From Tannockella kyphosi (GTDB taxonomy: Bacteria > Bacillota_I > Bacilli_A > Erysipelotrichales > Coprobacillaceae): 32,000 nt of DNA. The stretch is from assembly GCF_021054785.1 (NCBI RefSeq), contig NZ_CP088239.1:660001-692000 (forward strand). Reading direction: 5' to 3'. The notes below the pieces were generated by a model that saw only the letters and a program-made list of their open reading frames with translations, ran no database searches and was not told the origin of the DNA. The position numbers and the translations under genes are program-made. Shown here piece by piece: positions 1 to 9,788 of the stretch. Each line of letters starts with the position of its first letter. Position 1 is the first letter of the stretch.

Positions 1-537
1 CTAGTAATAGGTACAGAAGAATGTACCTATTACACTAAATCATCTTTAGAAATGAAAGGTGATAGTAGTAATTGCTTTTCTGTTGTATTAGATAAAAATG
101 ATATAACTTTCGGTAGTCTTGATACTGTTAGTGAGGCTGTTTATGAACTGTTAGATGAATATAAACCAACTGCCTTGTTTTTAATTACAACATGTGTAGT
201 TGAAATTATTGGTGATGATTTTACAGCACTTGCACTAGAAGCAAGTGCTAAATATAATTTGCCAGTAAAAGTTATTCAAACTAATCATTATAAAGGGAAA
301 GATGATGAATATGGAATGGATTTAGTTTTTGATGCGGCAAAAGATTTAGGACAAAAGCCTCATAAGTTTAATAACATTACAAACATGATAGGCAATAAAA
401 TAGGTAGTAAAGCGAATATGTCACGTTCTACTATGTCAGAAGAGGAAATGTTTCAAATGTTAAAAGCAAAAACAGGTGGAAGAATGTCAGACAAAGAAAT
501 TCGTAAGAAAATACATTCTAAAATGGGAGGAAGATAA
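1..537 (+). CDS. Nitrogenase component-1-type oxidoreductase family protein, 5' end outside window
   Basis: Frame 1 is open from base 1 (LVIGTEECTYYTK...), so the ORF-track start at 52 is internal. NDITFGSLD and FLITTCVVEIIGDDF resemble the Oxidored_nitro (NifD/K/E/N, BchN/B) fold. The protein ends in a Lys/Met-rich tail. Recognised by eye only. Confidence 0.55.
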   Translation, partial: LVIGTEECTYYTKSSLEMKGDSSNCFSVVLDKNDITFGSLDTVSEAVYELLDEYKPTALFLITTCVVEIIGDDFTALALEASAKYNLPVKVIQTNHYKGKDDEYGMDLVFDAAKDLGQKPHKFNNITNMIGNKIGSKANMSRSTMSEEEMFQMLKAKTGGRMSDKEIRKKIHSKMGGR

Positions 538-538
538 T

Positions 539-1648
539 ATGGCACTAACTAGATTTTTACCAACTCCATCAGATAGAATGGGGATTTTATGGTCACTTTT
601 ACAAATGGAGGATGCTATTATCTTAGAATATGGCACAGAAGGGACAACTGCTTATGCAATGAAAATCAATATGATGATGGGAATGAATGTTCAAAACAAA
701 CTCTTTGTCACTGGGTTAGATGAAAATAACGTAGTTATGGGTGATACAACAAATTTAGAGAAAAAGATTCTAGAACTTGACAAGAAATTTTCACCAAAAG
801 CAATTTTTGTTATGGCATCTTCTGTTTCTTCTATGACAGGAACTGATGTGAAAGGAGTTTGTAAATATATGCAAGAGGAAGTAAATGCAAAGCTTGTCGT
901 ATTTAGCCAAGGTGGATTTAATGGAGATTATAGTAGTGGACTACAAGCAAGTTATACTGATTTAATATCAAATTTTGCAATTTCTAGAATGAAAAAAGAA
1001 AATTGTTACAATATTTTAGGGGTTTTTGCAATGGACAAAAGTGCTAATGCAGATGTTTTAGAAATTGAAAAACAATTATCAAATAATTTTGGACTTCATA
1101 AGAATGCAGTGTTATCCTTAGAAACCAATCTTGAAAAAATTGAAACAATGTCAAAAGCTTTGGTAAATATTGTACTAAGTTATGAAGGATTAAAGGCAGC
1201 TGAGATTCTAAAAGAACGATTTGATATACCTTATATTTATGGACAGCCTATTGGTATAACAGCTACAAATAAGTGGCTAATAGATATTGCAAAAGCGATT
1301 AATATGGATTTTGAAATAACAAAAACAGAACAATCAAAACAACTAAATCGTAAAGTTTTAATTTATGCAAGCTATGATAAAGCACTTGCATTAAAACAGT
1401 ATATGGAAGAAAAAGGTTGTACTGTTTTAGATGTTGTTTGTACTCATAAAATTAAAAAACAAGATAGTATTCGATATATAAAGAATGAAAAAGAAAAGAT
1501 TGATTTGTTTAAGTTGACTAAGGATTCCATTGTTTTTGGAGATGATACTTTTTTAAAGTTTGCAGATAATAGTAATGTTAAAATTAGATTAACACAAAGT
1601 GAAAGTTTATTTGATTTACAATATTTAACTAAAATTTTTAAGTATTAG
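539..1648 (+). CDS. Nitrogenase component-1-type oxidoreductase-like protein, Cys-poor paralogue
   Basis: GGGAGG lies 8 nt upstream of ATG 539, whereas the ORF-track start at 476 overlaps the upstream gene. The layout matches the upstream gene (EYGTEGTTAYA, IFVMASSVSSMTGTD), but Ser/Thr sit where the partner has Cys. Confidence 0.55.
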   Translation: MALTRFLPTPSDRMGILWSLLQMEDAIILEYGTEGTTAYAMKINMMMGMNVQNKLFVTGLDENNVVMGDTTNLEKKILELDKKFSPKAIFVMASSVSSMTGTDVKGVCKYMQEEVNAKLVVFSQGGFNGDYSSGLQASYTDLISNFAISRMKKENCYNILGVFAMDKSANADVLEIEKQLSNNFGLHKNAVLSLETNLEKIETMSKALVNIVLSYEGLKAAEILKERFDIPYIYGQPIGITATNKWLIDIAKAINMDFEITKTEQSKQLNRKVLIYASYDKALALKQYMEEKGCTVLDVVCTHKIKKQDSIRYIKNEKEKIDLFKLTKDSIVFGDDTFLKFADNSNVKIRLTQSESLFDLQYLTKIFKY

Positions 1649-1671
1649 TAGGTATAAGATACTTTATACAG

Positions 1672-1702
1672 AAGACTAGAATATATTTTCTAGTCTTTTT
1701 TA
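1672..1702 (+). terminator. Rho-independent terminator after the oxidoreductase pair
   Basis: Stem aagactagaa/ttctagtctt followed by a T-run, about 25 nt after the stop at 1648. Confidence 0.6.
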
Positions 1703-1979
1703 ATACTTATCTTTAAAATAAAAAAGCAACATAATGCTACTTTGGAAGAATAAAAAAAGGATCATGAAGATAGTTAGTGATATCTTATTTAATAGTAGTT
1801 AAAAAATGAACACGTTAAGGTGGTTATATCTTACAATGATGAATTTATGCATAACAAATCATTTAAAAATAAAAGTTTCTAATAGAATATATCTTTATTT
1901 ATGTAAATTTTACAGTAATGATAGCTAAATTATGCTATAGTTAACAAAAGATTATTTGGATAATGAAAGGTGGAAATAT

Positions 1980-2198
1980 ATGAAATGTCCTTATTGTGGT
2001 GAAGAAATGAAGGCTGGGTATATTCAGTGTCGTGATAGTTTAATATGGGATACTAAGAAACGAAAGATAGCTATATTACCATCCATTAGAAGTGATTCTA
2101 TTGTTCTTGGTTCAGGTAGCAAACTAATGTCAGGTTGCGACGAACTAGCATATAACTGTCAAAAGTGTAAAAAAATAGTGATTGATTACAATAAATAA
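1980..2198 (+). CDS. Small zinc-ribbon protein (two CxxC pairs), function unknown
   Basis: ATG 1980 is preceded by AAAGGTGG; the ORF-track start at 1956 is TTG. CPYCG sits at the N-terminus and CQKCK at the C-terminus. Confidence 0.5.
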   Translation: MKCPYCGEEMKAGYIQCRDSLIWDTKKRKIAILPSIRSDSIVLGSGSKLMSGCDELAYNCQKCKKIVIDYNK

Positions 2199-2274
2199 GC
2201 ATTATTTCTATAGATACTAGATAACAAACAGGTTTCACATTTTATAAAAACAACTACAAGAGGAGATCCTACAA

Positions 2275-3210
2275 ATGATGGAAGACTATACAAAAATTGA
2301 TTTTCATGTGCATTACTTAACCGATACTTATAAAGCGTTTTTGTACAAACATTTCGGTGCAAAGCCAGAGGGATATCCAACTCCACAGTGGGATATATCC
2401 AAACAAAAAGAACTTATGGAGGCAAATCAGATTACCCATGCCCTATTAGGATTATCATCGCCTTATTTCTACGCTGGAGACAAGGAAGAGACTGTTACTT
2501 CGGTACAAAAGAATAATGAGGAAATTGCAAACTTGTTAATTACAGAGCCTACGATGGACTTTTTAGCAGGACTGCCTCTACCTTATATAGCAGAGTCACT
2601 GATTGAAATAGAGCGAGCTTATGTGTTAGGGGCAAAGGGTTTTTCTGTCAATACACACTCACAAGATACATACCTTGGTGATCCTAAGTTAGATCCAGTG
2701 ATGGCTGAACTAAACCGTCACCATGCCATTGTAGCTATCCACCCAACGGAGGCTACTAGTATACCCAAAGGTGTGTGTGAAGATTTACCCATTCCAGCTA
2801 TGGAGTTTTTCTTTGATACCACTAGAACATTTGTAAACATGGCACTAAATGAAGTCTTTACACGATATCCCAATATCAAATGGATTTTCCCACATGCTGG
2901 TGCCTTTGTACCTCTATTGTCAGATCGTATCCAAGTATTTTTCAATATGATGGATAAACCATTAGATATATTTGCAGATATGAAACATGTTTATTTTGAT
3001 GTGGCAGGCATGGCAGAGCCTAAGATGTTGGAGGTCCTCTTAAAAGTAACAACCATAGACCGTTTACTCTATGGTAGTGATTTTCCACACACTTCATCAG
3101 CAGCTGTGGGACGTTATCGCATTAAATTAGAAAACACAGATAAGTTATCTAAGGATGAAAAAGCACAAATATTCTATAAAAATGGTGCTAAACTATTAGG
3201 ATTAGAGTAA
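2275..3210 (+). CDS. Amidohydrolase-2 family metal-dependent hydrolase (ACMSD/LigI-like)
   Basis: AGGAG RBS. The N-terminal IDFHVHY metal-binding motif, an internal HP...H and the C-terminal YGSDFPH are typical of PF04909-type TIM-barrel hydrolases. Confidence 0.7.
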   Translation: MMEDYTKIDFHVHYLTDTYKAFLYKHFGAKPEGYPTPQWDISKQKELMEANQITHALLGLSSPYFYAGDKEETVTSVQKNNEEIANLLITEPTMDFLAGLPLPYIAESLIEIERAYVLGAKGFSVNTHSQDTYLGDPKLDPVMAELNRHHAIVAIHPTEATSIPKGVCEDLPIPAMEFFFDTTRTFVNMALNEVFTRYPNIKWIFPHAGAFVPLLSDRIQVFFNMMDKPLDIFADMKHVYFDVAGMAEPKMLEVLLKVTTIDRLLYGSDFPHTSSAAVGRYRIKLENTDKLSKDEKAQIFYKNGAKLLGLE

Positions 3211-3225
3211 TAATCAAATATTAAA

Positions 3226-3265
3226 ATACAGTCATTGAACATTAAATTCATGACTGTATTTTTAT
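3226..3265 (+). terminator. Rho-independent terminator after the amidohydrolase gene
   Basis: Stem atacagtcat(t)gaa/ttcatgactgtat followed by TTTTT. Confidence 0.6.
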
Positions 3266-3859
3266 TATTTTGTGGCTAAAAATCCAAAATGTATGGACTG
3301 ATAATCTTAACATTATATAGTATTATAGAAATTATTGCGTATTTTGTTGAAGCTACTAATTATTTTATGGTTACCTTTGGATAAATCTTAAAAGCAATAA
3401 AGATCTATAAATAAGTCTATATTCACGAAAAACTGGAAATATTTTAAAACAATGATATTGAAGGTAATTTACGTACTATTGATAAATTACAGCAATTTGG
3501 CAAGGGAAAATGATTATGATGTTAGTTCTAAGTTTTTGCAGTATCACCTTTATTAGATGAATACTTAAATGCATATAGTAGGGTAGTGGATAATACCAAA
3601 CAATAAATATTGATATAATCTATATTTATCCTACACACCATAAGTTATCTTTCTGGACAAAATATGTATAATTTTAAATTGTTTTTTATCGTATAAAATT
3701 TGAACATTATAAACCTATGAACAGAGTATTCTTCAATATGAATGCAATAAAATACTGATTAGCATACTGGACTAGTATAGCGAATTAAAAATATAATGAA
3801 ACAATGATGAAGTAATGTTATAATTAGTTAAATATTATTTAGGAAATGGAGAGATTTAT

Positions 3860-4519
3860 ATGGAATTAAATTTAATATATTCAATTGCTGGTTTATTAGG
3901 TGGAATCGTTTGTGCGATTGGTGATATGTTGCTAGATTTGAAAGGCAAAGATAATGTGAAAGTAAATGGTTCATTATTTATTGAGTCAAATTGGATTAAA
4001 ATGGCAACAGTGAGATTTAAAATTTCTATTATTTTAGGATTCTTTGGTTCTTTTATGTGTAGTTTAGGAATTTATTCTTTAGCAAGACAAATTTATACAC
4101 AAAATGAAAGATTAGGTGAAGTTTTATTTATTGTTACAATTCTTCTAGCAATGACAGGATTTTTCGTACATACTCTATGTTGTATTTTACCAGTTATTTA
4201 TAAATCAGTGATAAAAGGAGGTAATTTTGAAATTGCTAATAATACAGTTGATGCACTTTTTGATGCTGTAAAAATACTGTTCTTTCCATTATATGTGTTT
4301 ATACTCCTTGTACCAACAGGCATTACTATTTATTGTATAGTAAGTGGAATGCTGAATGTACCAAATTGGTGTATGCTTTTAAATCCTATTGTATTTTTAA
4401 TCATAGGAGTATTGTTAAGGAAAGTAAGTCCAAAATATTTTTATGAACTTCCAGGAATTTGTATGCCAAGTTTAGGGATTGGGATGTTTGGACTAATAGG
4501 AATAATCAGTTTACTTTAA
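3860..4519 (+). CDS. Polytopic membrane protein, function unknown
   Basis: A 219-aa ORF with GGAGAG upstream and about 6-7 hydrophobic segments. I recognise no family motif. Confidence 0.55.
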   Translation: MELNLIYSIAGLLGGIVCAIGDMLLDLKGKDNVKVNGSLFIESNWIKMATVRFKISIILGFFGSFMCSLGIYSLARQIYTQNERLGEVLFIVTILLAMTGFFVHTLCCILPVIYKSVIKGGNFEIANNTVDALFDAVKILFFPLYVFILLVPTGITIYCIVSGMLNVPNWCMLLNPIVFLIIGVLLRKVSPKYFYELPGICMPSLGIGMFGLIGIISLL

Positions 4520-4627
4520 TTGTGTATAAATGGAACAAAACCTTAACATTTTTGAATATAGTGAAATAATAAGGTAATCATGATATGATTATGGAAAGAT
4601 TATTTATCTAAAGATTGGAGAATGTAT

Positions 4628-5026
4628 ATGAAATTATATTATTTTTCACGTAGTGGTGAAAGTGAAGAGATTGCTCGTTTGATTGCAGAGAGTAATCATG
4701 TTGAAATGCACAGAATAGATGATAAGAAAAATTGGGATGGAAAAATCAATTTTCTAAAAGCCGGTGCTATGGCTTCAAAAAGGGAACAATTACCCATTGA
4801 ATATCAAAAGTCTTGCAATGATGAAGATATTGTTTTGGTATTTCCACTTTGGGCTAGTACTTTTCCACCAGCAATAAGATCTTTTTTACAAGATTTTGAT
4901 ACAACAAAAATAACGGCTGTAATATTAAGTGCTGCTACTAGTCTTAACGTTAAAGAAATGAATTTATTTCTAAAAGTATATGAGATTAAAGGCAAAGATA
5001 AAAAGCCACCAGAAGAGTTATTATAG
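4628..5026 (+). CDS. Flavodoxin-like small protein
   Basis: GGAG lies 7 nt before ATG 4628. MKLYYFSRSGESEEIA matches a flavodoxin-type N-terminal strand plus phosphate loop, and IVLVFPLW is a later beta strand. Confidence 0.45.
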   Translation: MKLYYFSRSGESEEIARLIAESNHVEMHRIDDKKNWDGKINFLKAGAMASKREQLPIEYQKSCNDEDIVLVFPLWASTFPPAIRSFLQDFDTTKITAVILSAATSLNVKEMNLFLKVYEIKGKDKKPPEELL

Positions 5027-5138
5027 AATGCAACTTATAATTGATATTAGTTTATTTCAATAAATTAAGAAAACGAATTATAAATGATAGATATTGAAAT
5101 AAGAATAATGATTGTTTATATTATGTTTGGGAGATATT

Positions 5139-5786
5139 ATGAAAGAAAATTTTATATGGAAAGATCCACAATTGCATAAAGATATATTAGAGATGGAGGA
5201 TATTGTTACTGAAAATACAGAAGATGAAATATACAATCTGATTATAAAAAATGTAGAAAAAATAGGTGATGATTTTTATAAATATGAATTTGTTAAAGTA
5301 CATTTTTTAAATTGTAAATTTGAGGAAGTATCATTTGAAAAGTGTTGGTTTAAAGAAATTATATTTGAAAACTGTCAGTTTAATCATTGTAGTTTCAAAA
5401 ATACTGATTTACAAATCGTAAAACAAATAAATTCTTTGCATAGAAATACTGATTTTTCAGATAGTACTTTTCATTTTGTCCATTTTCTAGAATGCAATAT
5501 GAAATATTCGAATTTTAATGATTGTAAAATTAATGGGTTTAAAAGTGATAAAAGTGATTTTAATAGTACCTTTTTTGCTAACAGTACAATAGTTCACGCA
5601 AGTCTTAAAAAAACTTCTTTTTGTTTAGCTGATTTCTTTTTGACACCTTTAAATAAGATAGATTTTAGTGATTCTGATATAGAAGGCATTGTTATATCTG
5701 AAAATAAAAGTGAACTAAAAGGCATTATAGTTAATAGTTATCAAGCACTTGAGTTAGCTCGCATGTTTGGTATTATCATAAAATGA
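5139..5786 (+). CDS. Pentapeptide-repeat protein
   Basis: Runs of A(D/N)LxX-like pentads (FLNCKFEEVSFEKCWFKEIIFENCQFNHCSFKNTDL...). Start chosen at ATG 5139 after GGGAG. Confidence 0.7.
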   Translation: MKENFIWKDPQLHKDILEMEDIVTENTEDEIYNLIIKNVEKIGDDFYKYEFVKVHFLNCKFEEVSFEKCWFKEIIFENCQFNHCSFKNTDLQIVKQINSLHRNTDFSDSTFHFVHFLECNMKYSNFNDCKINGFKSDKSDFNSTFFANSTIVHASLKKTSFCLADFFLTPLNKIDFSDSDIEGIVISENKSELKGIIVNSYQALELARMFGIIIK

Positions 5787-5802
5787 TCATAACCTGTATG
5801 TT

Positions 5803-5830
5803 AGACTGGATTAATCTCTAGTCTTTTTTT
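5803..5830 (+). terminator. Rho-independent terminator after the pentapeptide-repeat gene
   Basis: Stem agactgga/tctctagtct (one G-U pair) followed by T7. The hairpin belongs to the same family as those at 1672, 10097, 12367 and 13344. Confidence 0.5.
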
Positions 5831-5854
5831 GTATGGATATTTTATGGGTGTTTA

Positions 5855-6000
5855 CAATAGCAACGTAGATGCATTTAGATATAAACGATACCCACGTGCA
5901 AAAAAAGAGTGAAGCATAGAATGGAGTAAAAGAATATAACTTGTTAGAATTAGAAAAAGATAGGAAACAGGCTTGAATAGGTGAGAAGTATGCTATAATT
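5855..6000 (+). pseudogene. Degraded 3'-terminal remnant of a DUF1016/YhcG nuclease gene
   Basis: The segment aligns by eye to 11270-11415 of the intact copy. aatagcaacgtagatgcatttagatataaac matches aatagtaacgtatatgcatctagatataaac, and aagaatataacttgttagaattagaaaaag matches aagaatataatttgttagaattagaaaaaag. Both end at atgctataatt. Confidence 0.5.
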
Positions 6001-6107
6001 TTCTAAAGAATATTTATAGAAGAGTAATCTTAGATAATAAAAAGTGGACACGGTAAATAAAAATTATAATAATTTAAGCTATTTTACAAAAAGATAAAAT
6101 GAAATAA

Positions 6108-6116
6108 TGCTATAAT
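6108..6116 (+). promoter_or_regulatory. Extended -10 box (TGcTATAAT) upstream of kptA
   Basis: Exact TGCTATAAT. No convincing -35 was seen. Confidence 0.3.
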
Positions 6117-6277
6117 GTGTAAAAGAATCGATGAATTTAAATGATCATGAAGTGATTAATTTTGGGGGATTTAAAGATGATGATTTTGAATGTTCCTATA
6201 TCGAAACAGCATTTGTTATATCGGTTTTATTAGAAAGAGAGAATAAAAACATAGTTATAAAGAAAGGAATAGAAGAT

Positions 6278-6820
6278 ATGGATTATCATAAAACAGGTAA
6301 ACTCTTATCTTTGGTTTTACGTCATAAACCTGAAAGTATAGGATTATCTTTAGATGAAAATGGATGGGCTGATGTAAAGGAATTAATAGTATTAATCAAT
6401 AAAAATAACAATAGTATGGTAAGTCTAGAAGACTTACTATACATTGTTACTATTGATAATAAGCAAAGATATTCATTCAATAAAGATAAAACAAAAATTC
6501 GTGCAAATCAAGGACATTCATTACAAGTAGATGTCGAATTAAAAGAAATGATTCCTCCAGATATCTTATATCATGGTAGTGCTACGAAATATGAAGAATC
6601 TATTCAAAAAGAGGGACTCCTATCTAAAACAAGACTTTATGTTCATTTATCAAAAGATGTAGATACTGCAATTATTGTAGGGAAAAGACATGGAGAAGTT
6701 ATTGTTTATGAAGTAGATTGTAAAAAGATGATTAATGATCACTATGTATTCTATCTATCTGTTAATAATGTTTGGCTTATAAAAGAAGTACCAGTAAAAT
6801 ATTTAAAAAAGATAGTATGA
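6278..6820 (+). CDS. kptA: RNA 2'-phosphotransferase (Tpt1/KptA family)
   Basis: Tpt1/KptA motifs are present: LSLVLRHKPE, ENGWADV, RANQGHS, LYHGS and YVHLS. Start at ATG 6278 (AAAGGA 9 nt upstream) gives about 180 aa. The frame stays open upstream to ATG 6131. Confidence 0.8.
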   Translation: MDYHKTGKLLSLVLRHKPESIGLSLDENGWADVKELIVLINKNNNSMVSLEDLLYIVTIDNKQRYSFNKDKTKIRANQGHSLQVDVELKEMIPPDILYHGSATKYEESIQKEGLLSKTRLYVHLSKDVDTAIIVGKRHGEVIVYEVDCKKMINDHYVFYLSVNNVWLIKEVPVKYLKKIV

Positions 6821-6840
6821 TATTGATAAAGGAGAAATAA

Positions 6841-7581
6841 ATGAAAACGGTTAGAAAAATTCATTGGAAAAAAGGATATCCTATTAAGAAAACAATATTA
6901 TGTACAGTATGGATAGTTATCTTAGCAGCAACACTTTATGGTGCTTATGAAATCATGATGGGTATTCATACCCAAGATGATATTTATGGTACTATCTTTT
7001 GTAGTATCTTTTTACTTATTACCTTCTTTCCTTTAAAGAAGTATGTTTTTAAGAAGAATCCATGTTTTCCATACTTAAATAAACATCTAACTACAGTTCA
7101 ATTAGAAAAACTATTAGAAGGTGAAGAATTTAAATATATAGAAGAATTTAAAGATACTATCTTATATAAACAAATAAAAGTAAGTGATTATTGGATATCG
7201 ATTAATGGTTATTATGTATTAAAACAACTAGTATATCAATGTTCCTTACATACATCATCTACTGTTATAAACAAGAAATCATCTACTTATATAGAACTAC
7301 TAACAATAACAGGAAATAGATTATCTATTGATACAGGATTAGGATATATTGGAGAGTTAGATCAGTTATTTTATTCTTATGCTAAGTATCATTTAAAACT
7401 TATCGTAGTGTTATTTGGTGTTGATGTAACGATACATGGACCTAAATGTAAAAGAATATTGAATCAAGAAGCATATAAAGATATGAGTTTTCTAGATATT
7501 ATTGAGCATTCTAATGAAATTAAAGAGCAATGTATTGATTCTATCGAATCAGGATTTTTAAAAGTACATAATAGTATTTAG
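6841..7581 (+). CDS. Hypothetical membrane protein (two N-terminal TM segments)
   Basis: A 246-aa ORF starting 20 nt after kptA, with AAGGAG upstream. No recognisable family. Confidence 0.5.
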   Translation: MKTVRKIHWKKGYPIKKTILCTVWIVILAATLYGAYEIMMGIHTQDDIYGTIFCSIFLLITFFPLKKYVFKKNPCFPYLNKHLTTVQLEKLLEGEEFKYIEEFKDTILYKQIKVSDYWISINGYYVLKQLVYQCSLHTSSTVINKKSSTYIELLTITGNRLSIDTGLGYIGELDQLFYSYAKYHLKLIVVLFGVDVTIHGPKCKRILNQEAYKDMSFLDIIEHSNEIKEQCIDSIESGFLKVHNSI

Positions 7582-7842
7582 TAAAATGGATGTTTTTAAC
7601 AATTTCAATTTCACTTTATATTTTAATAAAAATATGTAGAATAGGACACGAATATTGTGCTTAATTGCGTCTTGAGGAAGAGGGGAAATACAAGGGAAGA
7701 AGAAATAATAGAATATAAAGCATGGGAACTACTCGGCAATTGAATTACAGAGGTTTCTCGCTTGTTATCCTAAAAATCATGATTTAAGAAAATCAACAAA
7801 TAAAAAAGTTACACTGCTTTACTTAAGCAATTGAGTATAGAA

Positions 7843-7877
7843 AAACAACCTGAATAAAATTTCAGGTTGTTTCTTTT
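7843..7877. terminator. Bidirectional-looking terminator hairpin in non-coding DNA
   Basis: 12-bp stem aaacaacctgaa/ttcaggttgttt, flanked by an A-run upstream and cTTTT downstream. Confidence 0.5.
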
Positions 7878-7959
7878 GCACTTAGTGCCATTTACATTAT
7901 TATACTCAAAACATCTAAAACACAATATATTATAAACAAATGAAGAAGTATTCTACATA

Positions 7960-8440
7960 TATGTTATTTCTAAAAGTCCATTCTCACATCAAAAAGCTAG
8001 AAGTACCTTTTGAACTAGCATTTTATTTAACTTTTTCAAAAAGCCACGCACTGCGTGGCGAATTGAGTTGGACTCATTATCGTTTGTTAATGAGAGTGGG
8101 AGAGCTAGTAATTTTTATAAAGAAGAATGTGTAAGTTTTGACTGGGTACAAAGGTAAATTCATTGCTTTTATAATGAAATCTTGCTATCTAGTAAAGTTA
8201 GAAATAGTATAAAAGGTCCTTATGTATTAGGGCTTCTAGGACTTGTTGATCAGTCTTCTTTTAGCAAAAAAACAATTAGAGGTAGCTTTGATATCTCATT
8301 TACAAATCCTTATTGTCTCTAGAAAGAGGCTTTTTATTGAATATAAAAGAGAATCATATTTGATGGTAGACATTTTTATATAGACTTACTCTTTTATAAT
8401 TACTTATTGAAATGTTTTGTTATTATTGATTTAAAAAAGT
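7960..8440 (+). pseudogene. Decayed internal copy of the DUF1016/YhcG nuclease gene
   Basis: Colinear with about 10550-11110 of the intact gene. Identical stretches include gaattgagttggactcattatcgtttgttaatgagagt and gatggtagacatttttatatagacttactcttttataattacttattgaaatgttttgttattattgatttaaaaa. Frameshifts, stops and deletions interrupt it. The track ORF 7940-8134 is part of this relic. Confidence 0.7.
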
Positions 8441-8701
8441 GGAATAATTGGTGTGATACATTACACGAATTATTAGAATTGCAAAGATTATAAGCATTAT
8501 GCTCAAAGGTGTAACCTTTGATTCACTTATGACTATTTAATCAACCTAGAAAAATTATCATCTATTACAGCATAGTTGCTTAAAAATGCACATTTAATGA
8601 TATCAAGGAGATAAATTAGTTGATGTGTGTCGGTTCGAACTTTATGGCTGGTATTATTTGTGGATTAACCTACTCGAAAATTCATATAGAAAAGTAAAAT
8701 A

Positions 8702-8944
8702 TTATAATTTTTGTCCACAATTTTGGCAGTACTTTATATTTAATGGTCTCCAAGTAATCATTGCTCCACATTGTGGGCATCGATAAAAAATTATTCTTAT
8801 TAAAAAACCTATAACAGTAATTGTGATTCCAATAATCGTACCTATATTAACATTGGATTGAAAGTACATTATTGATATACCAAATACTATAATACCAAGT
8901 TGTATAAGAAGAAAACCTAATATATTAGCTGTTTTATATTTCAT
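8702..8944 (-). CDS. Small membrane protein with C-terminal CxxC...CxxC zinc ribbon
   Basis: 80 aa with two hydrophobic helices followed by CPQCG...CQNCG. It lies directly downstream of the 8955-9269 gene on the same strand. Confidence 0.5.
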   Translation of the reverse strand: MKYKTANILGFLLIQLGIIVFGISIMYFQSNVNIGTIIGITITVIGFLIRIIFYRCPQCGAMITWRPLNIKYCQNCGQKL

Positions 8945-8954
8945 AGTATATTAC

Positions 8955-9269
8955 CTAATATAGCATTGCTGGGATATTCGGATTTAGTAAATTAATTGTT
9001 TTTACTGTTTTCCCTGCTATTCCTTTAATAATTACTTTAGAAACCTTTGCATCTATGTATACACTTCCTAAATAACCATCAACAGCTTTTGCTGTACTAT
9101 TGTAATTAGTTGGTGTAGCTGTTCCGTTATATGTTTTGGTCAAAGAAGAGGCAATTCCACTACTTAAGACCATTTCTGTTCCACCAGATCCGAGTTCTGC
9201 CGCTGATACTGAAAGTGTTGCTGACAGGATTAATGCTACCATCATAAACATAGAAATAATTTTCTTCAC
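8955..9269 (-). CDS. Small secreted protein, function unknown
   Basis: Sec-type signal peptide MKKIISMFMMVALILSATLSVSA|AE, with GGAGG upstream on the minus strand. Confidence 0.55.
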   Translation of the reverse strand: MKKIISMFMMVALILSATLSVSAAELGSGGTEMVLSSGIASSLTKTYNGTATPTNYNSTAKAVDGYLGSVYIDAKVSKVIIKGIAGKTVKTINLLNPNIPAMLY

Positions 9270-9497
9270 TTAAATAATACCTCCTTTATTTATTTTTATT
9301 ATAATACAAGAAAGATTAACTTTTTGCCAACATAGTTTGGTTAATTTAGTGTAAATTTACAGAAATTTAATTGTTCTTACTACACTAATAATTTATTCCC
9401 CTTTACTTCACTAAAGTTTTTGGCATTTTGATTTGTTAAATTTCATGATAGGTAAATAATATTCATTTTGATAAGTAACGTATAAACTCATTTTAAT

Positions 9498-9611
9498 ATT
9501 GGTGATAGCATTTGGCTTGGAACTCGGGTTACCATTGGAATGAGTACAACTATTAGGGTAGATAGTGTTACTACTAAAGATATACACCAATTGCATATCC
9601 TTACCCCATAA
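9498..9611 (+). pseudogene. Possible C-terminal remnant of a hexapeptide-repeat acetyltransferase
   Basis: The plus frame reads IGDSIWLGTRVTIGMSTTIRVDSVTTKDI..., reminiscent of the left-handed beta-helix C-terminus IGDNVWIG..VTILPGVTIG. There is no start codon and the match is degenerate. Confidence 0.3.
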
Positions 9612-9788
9612 AAGTGAATAGGTGATAAGATATTAATTTATATCTCACCCTCTGATTATTTATATTTCGCTTATATTAGAGATTGTATAAAATATGAGAA
9701 TATAAATTTTTGAACTAGACATACTGTGTCGGGTTCGCTTTGTTATAATTGTCATATAATTTTAAAAAATGAGAAAGAGGTTATTTTG

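Noticed and set aside
476-538. An upstream extension of the second oxidoreductase ORF (track start 476), and likewise the extended track starts at 1956, 5112, 9726, 13874, 16904, 21914, 23586, 27379, 27758, 30654 and 31027.
   Set aside because: In each case a downstream ATG has a properly spaced Shine-Dalgarno sequence. The extension either overlaps the preceding gene or has no RBS, so the shorter forms were preferred.
3266-3859. A ~600-bp AT-rich non-coding gap, examined for a riboswitch, sRNA, tRNA or gene relic.
   Set aside because: I could not recognise any conserved RNA motif, clover-leaf or convincing protein-coding remnant. It was left unannotated rather than guessed at.
7940-8134. 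A 64-aa plus-strand ORF in the track.
   Set aside because: Its C-terminal half (ALRGELSWTHYRLLMRV) is simply a surviving reading-frame piece of the decayed DUF1016 gene copy, not an independent gene.
9411-9596. A 61-aa minus-strand ORF.
   Set aside because: It has no RBS and no motif. The opposite strand reads like a hexapeptide-acetyltransferase remnant, so this ORF is most likely a chance frame in relic DNA.
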